A stretch of DNA of 64,000 bases from Oscillospiraceae bacterium (lineage in GTDB: Bacteria; Bacillota; Clostridia; Oscillospirales; QAMX01), in NCBI GenBank assembly GCA_015068345.1, contig SVKS01000003.1:2168-66167 (forward strand), read 5' to 3'. Below, in pieces: positions 27,040 through 34,980 of the stretch. The notes under the pieces were generated by a model that saw only the letters and a program-made list of their open reading frames with translations, had not been told where the DNA came from and did not search any database. Both the position numbers and the translations under genes were made by a program. Positions within the stretch are counted from its first letter, which is position 1. Each line of letters starts with the position of its first letter.

Positions 27040-28586
27040 TCATTCATTCCTTTCGACACCATTTGCGCCGCTTCGGCTAACAAATCTGCCATCATACCGG
27101 GAGTCATTCCGTTTTCCCCCATCCGGCTTGCGGCGAGATCCCCCGCCGCCCCGTGGAGATACACCCCCAGAGCCGCCGCTTCAAAAGCACCCATGCGGGC
27201 CGCCAGGGAGGCAATGGTACCCGCCAGCACGTCACCGCTTCCGCCCCGGGCCATGCCGGGATTACCGGTGGTATTGATGTAAACCCGTCCGTCCGGGGCC
27301 GCCACCACCGTGCGGTTTCCCTTCAGAACCAGCACCGCATCCGCCATTTTTGCCACTTCCAAAGCCAGAGTCAAAGGATTCTGCTCGGCAAGATCGGTCC
27401 GCACCAAAACCCGGGACAGCTCGCCAAGATGAGGTGTCAACACAACTCCCCGATGCAGGGGCAGGCCGTCCATACATATATATGAGCTTCCATCGGATTT
27501 ATACCCCACACCCAGGAAATTCAGCATGCCGGCATCGATCACCAGCTTTTTCCCGCTCTCCAAAAAAGCCTTCAGGGCCAATTTTGCCGCTGGAACCGGC
27601 AGAAGGCCGCTTCCCGTTCCGATGGCATCTGCTCCCGCCAAAGCACCCTTGAACCGGGGATCCTGCAGGGCGGAAAGGGCAATCCCCCCGTCCAAGGTAT
27701 CCTCCAGGGGAAGGGTAATGGCTTCTAAAGAAGCTGCGGCGCAAATGGGATAGACGCAATTTGGCACGGCGGCGGTCACGATACCTGCCCCCGCCCGCAC
27801 TGCCGCCCGGGATGCCAGGCAAGCCGCGCCGGAATACCCCCTCCCCCCACAAAGCAGGAGGGTCTTGCCATAATTCCCCTTGTGGGAATTGGCTGGTCGT
27901 TTCGGCAAAAGTTTTTTTGCTTCCGCCTGATCAAAGCTCTTTACGTAGGGTCCTTCGGCCTCCACAATATCATCAGGAATCCCAATGGAACGAAGACTCA
28001 CTTCACCGCAAAGTTCGTGAGCCAACAGGTGAGCCGCTTTCAAGAGGGTGAAGGTGATGGTTTTGTGCGCCTTTACAGAGCGTGGCAGACTGTGTCCCGA
28101 ATTGGCTTCCAGCCCACTTGGCAGATCCACCGCCAGCACCGGCACCTCCGAGGCGTTGATTTGGTCCACGGCGTCCAGATACTCGTCCCCCAAATCCCGG
28201 GAAAGGCCGGTACCGAACATGGCATCCACCACCAGGGCAGGCACCGGGTCGGTCAGGTCTACCGTTTCAAACACGCGACCCTCCAACCCCAGGAATTCTT
28301 CCATAAAACCACGGCACCGCTCACTTTGCCGTTCCACTCCCCCGGGGGTGACACAGAGCACGTCGTATCCCGCCTCGGTGAGACGGGCTGCACAGGAAAA
28401 GCCGTCTGCTCCGTTCTTGCCAGGGCCGCAATAAACCACCACCCGACCGGAATCGGGTGACAGCTCTTTTTCAATTTCTTCTGCCAGGATAGAGCCTGCA
28501 AGCTCGATCAGGTCACAATCGGGCCGATGCTGGGCTTCGGCGGCGGCATCAATGGCCGCCATCTGGCGCACGGTTGCAATTTTCAA
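27036..28586 (-). CDS. nnr: bifunctional NAD(P)H-hydrate repair enzyme (epimerase + ADP-dependent dehydratase, YjeF-type)
   Basis: N-terminal YjeF_N block (VVYCGPGKNGADGF). C-terminal carbohydrate-kinase block (GNYGKTLLLCGG...GGSGDVLAG). The TTG start overlaps the upstream stop. Confidence 0.88.
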   Translation of the reverse strand: MKIATVRQMAAIDAAAEAQHRPDCDLIELAGSILAEEIEKELSPDSGRVVVYCGPGKNGADGFSCAARLTEAGYDVLCVTPGGVERQSERCRGFMEEFLGLEGRVFETVDLTDPVPALVVDAMFGTGLSRDLGDEYLDAVDQINASEVPVLAVDLPSGLEANSGHSLPRSVKAHKTITFTLLKAAHLLAHELCGEVSLRSIGIPDDIVEAEGPYVKSFDQAEAKKLLPKRPANSHKGNYGKTLLLCGGRGYSGAACLASRAAVRAGAGIVTAAVPNCVYPICAAASLEAITLPLEDTLDGGIALSALQDPRFKGALAGADAIGTGSGLLPVPAAKLALKAFLESGKKLVIDAGMLNFLGVGYKSDGSSYICMDGLPLHRGVVLTPHLGELSRVLVRTDLAEQNPLTLALEVAKMADAVLVLKGNRTVVAAPDGRVYINTTGNPGMARGGSGDVLAGTIASLAARMGAFEAAALGVYLHGAAGDLAASRMGENGMTPGMMADLLAEAAQMVSKGMND

Positions 28587-29134
28587 AGCATTTCACCATT
28601 GGCAAGGGCTTCTTCCAGGTATTCCATACCCTCCACCTTGCGGGGAGCAAAGCGATGGATGTTGCGGACCATTTTCACCGTAGGTTCGAAAATGACACAG
28701 ACCTTGCCGTCCTTGTGGTCGTTGAATACGACAAACCAACGGCCCGGAGCCCGGGAGTTGGAAGCCATATCCACGGTTTTGTTGTACTTCACCTTAAAGA
28801 AAGTTTCCTTGAAATCCACCGTCATGGGGGCCATGACTTCGATGTTTTTTACGTTCAGGGTATAGAGCTGTTTGCGCCATTTGCGACCCTTGATGCGGTC
28901 AAAATCCAACTGGTCATTGGTGAGCACGTACTCAAACTCCACATACCTGCCCGCCACCATCCGGGGCACCAGAATAACGATGGCCAAAACCGGAATCACC
29001 GAAAAGAAACCCAGGTAAATCAGGCTGAGCCCGGTGAGAAATACCGAGGTAAAGATCAAAAGAATATCAAAAAGCCACCGGCCGACGGTGATGTCCTTGC
29101 GAACCATAATTTCGTTGAAGATATCGTTATTCAT
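28583..29134 (-). CDS. membrane protein, unknown function (two TM helices + soluble domain)
   Basis: AUG at 29134 with SD GGCAGGAG (MNNDIFNEIMVRK...). Two hydrophobic helices, then EFEYVLTNDQLDFDRIKG. Confidence 0.6.
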   Translation of the reverse strand: MNNDIFNEIMVRKDITVGRWLFDILLIFTSVFLTGLSLIYLGFFSVIPVLAIVILVPRMVAGRYVEFEYVLTNDQLDFDRIKGRKWRKQLYTLNVKNIEVMAPMTVDFKETFFKVKYNKTVDMASNSRAPGRWFVVFNDHKDGKVCVIFEPTVKMVRNIHRFAPRKVEGMEYLEEALANGEML

Positions 29135-29281
29135 GTTCAAAACTCCTGCCAATGCGTATTTCGGGTTGAGATATACCTTACAGAATATTATAGCACAACA
29201 AAATCCCCTTCCGCAAGGGTGTGGGTACATTTTGTTTGAAATCCTGCACAAAATTTTGTCTTCTTTTTCACGCTTTCCCCA

Positions 29282-29310
29282 TTGACATTACTTCCCCCTC
29301 TTGCTATAAT
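29282..29310 (+). promoter_or_regulatory. consensus sigma-A promoter of the second MATE gene
   Basis: TTGACA (29282-29287), 17-nt spacer, TATAAT (29305-29310). Confidence 0.65.
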
Positions 29311-29388
29311 TTTTTCTTGACGGCCCTTTTGGGAATTTGGATTTTTCCCCCGGGGCCCTGCCCATTGTTTTCTGAAAAAGGAGGAAGT

Positions 29389-30786
29389 ATGCACACTCTC
29401 AAGCAAAAATTCATTGGTGACAGAGCTTTTTATGCCCTGGTCTTTTCGGTTCTGGTGCCCATTGTGGTGCAAAACGCCATCACCAACTTCGTCAGCCTTT
29501 TAGACAACCTGATGGTGGGTGCCGTCGGCACCGAACAGATGTCGGGTGTTGCCATCGGGAATCAGCTTCTTTTCATTTTTTATATCTGCATTTTTGGGGG
29601 TCTCTCCGGAGCGGGCATCTTTACCGCCCAGTTCTACGGTTCCAAAAACCACGAGGGTGTCCGGGAAACCTTCCGTGTGAAGGTTTGGGTAGCCCTGATC
29701 GTGTTGGTGATTTTCACCCTGGTATTCGCCTTCTTCGCCGAACCTCTGGTATCCCTCTACCTCACTGATGGGGAGGGTGCCGGTGACCTGGAGCGTACCC
29801 TGGAATACGGTGTCCAGTACATTGCTGTGATGATGTTTGGGTTCATCCCCTTTGCCGTCACCAATGTTTATGCCAGCACGGTTCGCGAATGCGGCAAGAC
29901 CTTGCTTCCCATGAAGGCTGGCATTGTGGCGGTGATCACCAATCTGGTTTTCAACTACCTGTTGATCTTTGGCCACTTTGGCTTCCCCAAGCTTGGGGTT
30001 GTGGGTGCCGCCATTGCCACGGTGCTTTCCCGTTACGTGGAAGCAGCCATTATCATCATTTCGGTCCATGCCGACAAGCTCACCTATGATTTCATGGTTG
30101 GTTGTTACAAGACTCTGCGGGTCCGGGCTGCCCTGGTGAAAAACATCATCATCAAGGGAATGCCCCTGCTTCTTAACGAGCTTTTGTGGTCGGTGGGTAC
30201 CGCTACCGCGATGCAATGCTATTCGGTCCGCGGGCTTGCCACCATTGCAGGGCTCAACATTTCCAGCACCGTCACCAATATGTTCAACGTCATTTGCATG
30301 GCCATGGGCAACGCTGTTGCCATCATTGTTGGCCAGGCGCTGGGTTCCGGGGACGGGGAACATGCCAAGGATCTTGCACGGAAAATCATTGCCTTCAATG
30401 TGTTCATTGCCCTGATTTTTGGCACCCTTATGTTTGTGGCTGCCCCCTTCATCCCCCAGCTTTACAACACCACCGACGTGGTTCGGGATCTTGCTTCCTC
30501 CTTCTTGCGGGTCGCCGCCATCACCATGCCCATCTTCGCCTTCCTGCACACCTGCTACTTCACCCTGCGTTCGGGCGGCAAAACCATCATCACCTTCATT
30601 TTCGACAGCGGTTTCATGTGGGCTTTGACCATTCCTCTGGCCTTCTGTCTTGCCAACTTCACCGCCCTGCCCATCGTTCCCCTGTACCTTGTGGTACAGC
30701 TTGCCGACCTGATCAAGTGCAGTTTTGGTGCCTACCTTTTGAAAAAAGGAACCTGGGTTCAGAACATTGCCGCTGACAATGCGTGA
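29389..30786 (+). CDS. MATE family efflux transporter
   Basis: AUG at 29389 follows AAAGGAGGAAG. ALVFSVLVPIVVQNAITNFVSLLDNLMVG signature and 12 TM segments. Confidence 0.85.
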   Translation: MHTLKQKFIGDRAFYALVFSVLVPIVVQNAITNFVSLLDNLMVGAVGTEQMSGVAIGNQLLFIFYICIFGGLSGAGIFTAQFYGSKNHEGVRETFRVKVWVALIVLVIFTLVFAFFAEPLVSLYLTDGEGAGDLERTLEYGVQYIAVMMFGFIPFAVTNVYASTVRECGKTLLPMKAGIVAVITNLVFNYLLIFGHFGFPKLGVVGAAIATVLSRYVEAAIIIISVHADKLTYDFMVGCYKTLRVRAALVKNIIIKGMPLLLNELLWSVGTATAMQCYSVRGLATIAGLNISSTVTNMFNVICMAMGNAVAIIVGQALGSGDGEHAKDLARKIIAFNVFIALIFGTLMFVAAPFIPQLYNTTDVVRDLASSFLRVAAITMPIFAFLHTCYFTLRSGGKTIITFIFDSGFMWALTIPLAFCLANFTALPIVPLYLVVQLADLIKCSFGAYLLKKGTWVQNIAADNA

Positions 30787-30796
30787 GGTGGATCCT

Positions 30797-31279
30797 ATGA
30801 CCATTCGTAACGCTACCCAGGCTGATCTTCCGGTGATCGAATCCATCTACGCCGATGCCCGGGCATATATGCGGGCCCATGGCAACCTGTCCCAATGGTC
30901 CGGTGGCTACCCCAGCCGGGAGTTACTGCTTGCTGACCTTTCCCAAAACCAGCTTTATGTGGTGGAGGATGAGGCCATTATCGGTGTTTTCGTCTACTTT
31001 TTCGGAAATGACCCCACCTACGACGTGATCGAAGGTGCCTGGCTCAACGACCGCCCCTACGGGGTCATCCACCGCATTGCCGTGGGAGCCCACCGGAAGG
31101 GCGTAGCCTCCTTCGTGTTCGAGCATTGTCTGGCGCTTTGCCACAACCTGAAGATCGATACCCACGCCGACAATATTCCCATGCAGAAATCCCTTTTGAA
31201 AAACGGCTTCACCCACACCGGTATCATTCACCTGGCGGATGGTGCTCCCCGGGAAGCCTTCCAAAAAACCACACTATAA
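30797..31279 (+). CDS. GNAT family N-acetyltransferase
   Basis: IRNATQADLPVIESIY...GVIHRIAV...HRKGVAS acetyl-CoA binding block. AUG at 30797 follows GAGGTGG. Confidence 0.8.
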   Translation: MTIRNATQADLPVIESIYADARAYMRAHGNLSQWSGGYPSRELLLADLSQNQLYVVEDEAIIGVFVYFFGNDPTYDVIEGAWLNDRPYGVIHRIAVGAHRKGVASFVFEHCLALCHNLKIDTHADNIPMQKSLLKNGFTHTGIIHLADGAPREAFQKTTL

Positions 31280-31290
31280 TAAACACGCTC

Positions 31291-31326
31291 AACCTTCCCG
31301 CCATTCCGGCAGGAAGGTTTTGTTTT
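31291..31326 (+). terminator. rho-independent terminator
   Basis: aaccttcc(c)gcc-attcc-ggc(a)ggaaggtt followed by ttttgtttt. Confidence 0.6.
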
Positions 31327-31390
31327 GGTCAAAAGAATTGCATTTTGTCCCAGGATATGATATGATACCAGAAAGAAAGTAGGGATAACC

Positions 31391-31951
31391 ATGAAAAAGC
31401 GAATTGCCCTGGTCTACGGTGACCCCGCCGGGGCGGGCCCCGACCGGGTGGCCTTGTTTTTGAAAGAGCACCACACCGAATTTACCCCGGTGATCGCCGG
31501 GAACGAACCGGTCTATACCGCCTCCCTTTCCCGCATTGCACCCGACCTGATCGACCAATTCCCGGTTTATACGGTTCCCATCGGCAAGGTAATTCGCGGA
31601 GAGCCCAGCCGGGAAAGCGCATCCACCCTGATATCCTCCCTGTACATTGCCGGTGAGCTTGCATCCCACCGCCGGGTGGATGCCATCGCCGTCACCTCGG
31701 TGGACTACACCGCTCTTTCCCAAATCGATCCGAACATCCGGGACGGAGCAAGCCTTTTGGCCCATATCTTTCCCAACGTGACCTTTACCCCAAGCTTCTT
31801 CCTGGTTTCCCGGGGAGTGACCCTTTACCAGGGGCTTTCGGTGCCAATTTTGTTCGACAGCGCCGATGCAGAACCCCATCTGGCGGGCAAAAACACCGCC
31901 GATTCCACATCCCTTTGCGACATTTTGACCGTGATTGAAACACAACTTTGA
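31391..31951 (+). CDS. truncated, degenerate PdxA-like protein (possible pseudoenzyme or pseudogene)
   Basis: The N-terminus RIALVYGDPAGAGPD matches the PdxA GDPAGIGPE block. The protein is only 186 aa, and VDAIAVTSVDYTAL...RDGAS replaces the region where PdxA carries GHTE. Confidence 0.45.
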   Translation: MKKRIALVYGDPAGAGPDRVALFLKEHHTEFTPVIAGNEPVYTASLSRIAPDLIDQFPVYTVPIGKVIRGEPSRESASTLISSLYIAGELASHRRVDAIAVTSVDYTALSQIDPNIRDGASLLAHIFPNVTFTPSFFLVSRGVTLYQGLSVPILFDSADAEPHLAGKNTADSTSLCDILTVIETQL

Positions 31952-31964
31952 AGGAGGTTCCCCC

Positions 31965-33563
31965 ATGTCCATCGAAGCATACAAGACTACCATTGCCACC
32001 GGCCAGGCCGTTTTGGGCCTGGAACTGGGCAGTACCCGCATCAAGGCGGTCCTTATTGGAGAGGACCACAACCCCATTGCCAGCGGCAGCGCCGACTGGG
32101 AAAACAAGCTGGAAAACGGCATCTGGACCTACTCCCTGGAGGAGGTTTGGGCGGGTGTGCGTCTGAGCTTTGAAAACCTGAAAAAGGACGTGACCAAAAC
32201 CTACGGCATCCCCCTGAAAAAACTGAAGGCCATGGGGATTTCGGGCATGATGCACGGTTACCTGCCCTTTGACAAGGATGACAACCTGCTGGTCCCCTTC
32301 CGTACCTGGCGCAACACCATGACCGAAGAAGCTACCAAGATCCTCTCCCCCCTCTTCGGCTTCAATATTCCCCAGCGTTGGAGCATTGCCCACCTTTATC
32401 AGGCCATCCTCTCAAAGGAAGCGCACGTGGATCAGATCACCCATTTGACCACCATTGCAGGCTATCTCCATTGGAAGCTCACCGGCAAATTTGTCATGGG
32501 TGTGGGGGAAGCCTCCGGTATGTTCCCCATTGATCCGGTCACCGGGGATTACGATGCAGCCATGCTTGCCGCTTTTGCCAAGCTGATGGAAAAGGAAGAT
32601 CTCCCCTGGACTCTGACCGAGATCCTGCCCACCGTGCTTTCCGCCGGGGAAGCCGCCGGGGAGCTCACCGCTGAAGGGGCCGCCCTGTTGGATCCCGCTG
32701 GGGAGCTTGTCCCGGGGATTCCCTTCTGTCCCCCGGAAGGGGACGCCGGCACCGGCATGGCCGCCACCAACAGCGTTACCCCCTTCACCAGCAACGTCAG
32801 CGCCGGCACCAGCATTTTCTCCATGGTGGTGTTGGACAAACCCCTGAATCACTATTATCCCGAAATCGACGTGGTTGCCACTCCCGCCGGACACCCGGTG
32901 GCTATGGTGCATTGTAACAACTGTACCTCCGATATCAACGCCTGGGCCCAGGTATTGATGGATTTTGCCGCCCGCATCGGTATGCCCATTTCCCGTGCCA
33001 AAGCCCTGGACACTCTCTTCTACGCCGCAAACGATGCCGATCCCGATTGTGGCGGCGTGGTCAACTACAACTTCTTCTCGGGCGAGCACATCGTGGGTCT
33101 GACCGAAGGCCGTCCCATGCTGGTCCGTGGGGAGAATGCCAACTTTAATTTTGCAAACTTCGCCCTCTCTGCTCTTTATTCCGCCACCGCCACCCTGCGC
33201 ATCGGGATGGACATCCTGATGGAAAAGGAAAAGGTACGCATTGATTCGGTGTTGGGTCACGGCGGCTTCTTCAAGGCCACCGGTGTGGGCCAGAAGGTAC
33301 TGGCTTCCGCCCTGAATACTCCGGTTTCGGTGATGCAGACCGCTGGGGAAGGCGGCCCCTGGGGAATGGCCCTCCTTGCCGCCTATATGGCAAACAAGGA
33401 AAGCGGTGAAACCCTGGAAGCCTACCTTCAAAACAAGGTCTTTGCCGCATCGGCCAGCAGTACCGTGGAGCCCGATCCTGCCATGCACGAGGGCTTTAAC
33501 GCCTACCTGGCCCGCTACAAAGCCGGTCTCCCCGCCGAACAGGCCGCGGTGGACACCCTGTAA
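31965..33563 (+). CDS. FGGY-family carbohydrate kinase (pentulose kinase; ribulokinase/xylulokinase-like)
   Basis: LGLELGSTRIKAVLI phosphate-1 motif, GISGMMHGYL, PEGDAGTGM, GHGGFFK blocks. AUG at 31965 follows AAGGAGG. araD lies immediately downstream. Confidence 0.75.
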   Translation: MSIEAYKTTIATGQAVLGLELGSTRIKAVLIGEDHNPIASGSADWENKLENGIWTYSLEEVWAGVRLSFENLKKDVTKTYGIPLKKLKAMGISGMMHGYLPFDKDDNLLVPFRTWRNTMTEEATKILSPLFGFNIPQRWSIAHLYQAILSKEAHVDQITHLTTIAGYLHWKLTGKFVMGVGEASGMFPIDPVTGDYDAAMLAAFAKLMEKEDLPWTLTEILPTVLSAGEAAGELTAEGAALLDPAGELVPGIPFCPPEGDAGTGMAATNSVTPFTSNVSAGTSIFSMVVLDKPLNHYYPEIDVVATPAGHPVAMVHCNNCTSDINAWAQVLMDFAARIGMPISRAKALDTLFYAANDADPDCGGVVNYNFFSGEHIVGLTEGRPMLVRGENANFNFANFALSALYSATATLRIGMDILMEKEKVRIDSVLGHGGFFKATGVGQKVLASALNTPVSVMQTAGEGGPWGMALLAAYMANKESGETLEAYLQNKVFAASASSTVEPDPAMHEGFNAYLARYKAGLPAEQAAVDTL

Positions 33564-33575
33564 GGAGGTCATATC

Positions 33576-34277
33576 ATGCTGGAAGCTTTGAAAAAACAGG
33601 TTTGCGAGGCAAACCTTCTTCTCCCCAAATACAACCTGGTGGTCTTCACCTGGGGCAACGTTTCGGCCATTGACCGAAAAAGCGGGCTGATGGTGATCAA
33701 ACCCAGCGGTGTTTCCTACGAGGAGCTGAAACCTGAGGATATGGTGGTTCTTGACGTGGCCACCGGCGAAAAGGTGGAAGGAAGCCTTTCCCCCTCCTCC
33801 GACACCGAAACCCATCTGGCCCTCTACCGGGCTTTCCCGGAAATCGGCGGCATTGTTCACACCCATTCCCGTTGGGCCACCATCTACTCCCAGGCGGGCA
33901 TGCCCATTCCCGCCCTTGGCACCACCCACGGCGACTACTTCTACGGCGAAATCCCCGTCACCCGCGCCATGACCCCCGATGAGATTGGCGGCGGCCCGGG
34001 CCATTACGAGGCTGAAACCGGTAAGGTCATCATCGAACGCTTTGACGATCTGGATCCCAACCAGGTGCCCGCCTGTTTGGTGAAAAGCCACGGTCCCTTC
34101 ACCTGGGGCAAGGATGCAAACGATGCGGTGCACAATGCGGTGGTTTTGGAAGAGCTGGCCTTCATGGCGTGGCACACCCAGGCCATGGCCCCCGGTATTT
34201 CTCCCATGCAGCAGGAGCTTTTGGACAAGCACTACCTGCGTAAGCACGGCAAAAACGCCTACTACGGCCAGAAATGA
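33576..34277 (+). CDS. araD: L-ribulose-5-phosphate 4-epimerase
   Basis: [10 protein letters not shown]...VIKPSGV...[11 protein letters not shown]...GGIVHTHS...SHGPFTWG class II aldolase/epimerase signature. Confidence 0.88.
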   Translation: MLEALKKQVCEANLLLPKYNLVVFTWGNVSAIDRKSGLMVIKPSGVSYEELKPEDMVVLDVATGEKVEGSLSPSSDTETHLALYRAFPEIGGIVHTHSRWATIYSQAGMPIPALGTTHGDYFYGEIPVTRAMTPDEIGGGPGHYEAETGKVIIERFDDLDPNQVPACLVKSHGPFTWGKDANDAVHNAVVLEELAFMAWHTQAMAPGISPMQQELLDKHYLRKHGKNAYYGQK

Positions 34278-34939
34278 CCCGCCACGTCCTTTTTGATTGC
34301 TTCGGCACCCTGCTGGATACCGGCTCGGGTTCCATCCGGGCTGTAGAAACGATTTTGACACATTTGGGCTCCCCACTGGAGCCCAAAGCTTTTTATGCTG
34401 CATGGAAAACCGAGAAAAAGCGGATGATGCACACCCCTCCCTTCCGGAATGAAAAGGACCTCTTCGCCGAAAGTCTTGGTGTGCTTTTCAAACGCTACGG
34501 CATCCAGGCCGATCCAAGAGTGGAAGTGGGTCCCATGATTGATTCCCTGTTTGCCACCCGCCCCCTCTTCCCCGACGTGTGGAAGACTCTAGATGAACTG
34601 GATCGGCGGGGCATTGACTATGCCATCGCCTCCACCACCGACACCGATTCCCTTCTCCATTACCTAAAGGAAGCGGAGCTTTCGGTTCCCCTGGTCTTCA
34701 CCTCGGAGGATCTGCAGGTTTACAAGCCTGACCCCCAGTTTTACCAAACCATTCTGGAGCAAACCGGTTGGCAGATTTCGGAATGTCTCTTCGTTGGGGA
34801 CAGCCCGGAGGACGACGTTTTGGGTCCCGCCGCCTTGGGTATGCCCGCCATCCTGCTGGACCGGAAAGACAGCCACCAGGATTTCCCCCACCCCCGCATT
34901 GGAAGTCTTACCAAACTTACGGAATACCTGCAACCATAA
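34274..34939 (+). CDS. HAD-superfamily hydrolase
   Basis: [11 protein letters not shown] (DxD-type motif I variant), [17 protein letters not shown] motif IV. ATGA overlap with araD. Confidence 0.75.
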   Translation: MTRHVLFDCFGTLLDTGSGSIRAVETILTHLGSPLEPKAFYAAWKTEKKRMMHTPPFRNEKDLFAESLGVLFKRYGIQADPRVEVGPMIDSLFATRPLFPDVWKTLDELDRRGIDYAIASTTDTDSLLHYLKEAELSVPLVFTSEDLQVYKPDPQFYQTILEQTGWQISECLFVGDSPEDDVLGPAALGMPAILLDRKDSHQDFPHPRIGSLTKLTEYLQP

Positions 34940-34978
34940 AAAAGTCCGACGCAGCTTTTGTTCTGCGCCGGACTTTTA
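34938..34978. terminator. bidirectional terminator
   Basis: aagtccg(a)cgcag-loop-ctgcg(c)cggactt flanked by A- and T-runs. Confidence 0.6.
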
Positions 34979-34980
34979 CT

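Noticed and set aside
29500-30846. 448-aa ORF on the minus strand
   Set aside because: It is antisense to the second MATE transporter, whose plus-strand product has 12 TM segments and the family N-terminal signature.
32412-34403. 663-aa ORF on the minus strand
   Set aside because: It is antisense to the FGGY kinase and araD, which carry unmistakable family motifs. The translation is Gly/His/Val-rich low complexity with no SD or motif. This is typical of a stop-free antisense frame in GC-rich coding DNA.
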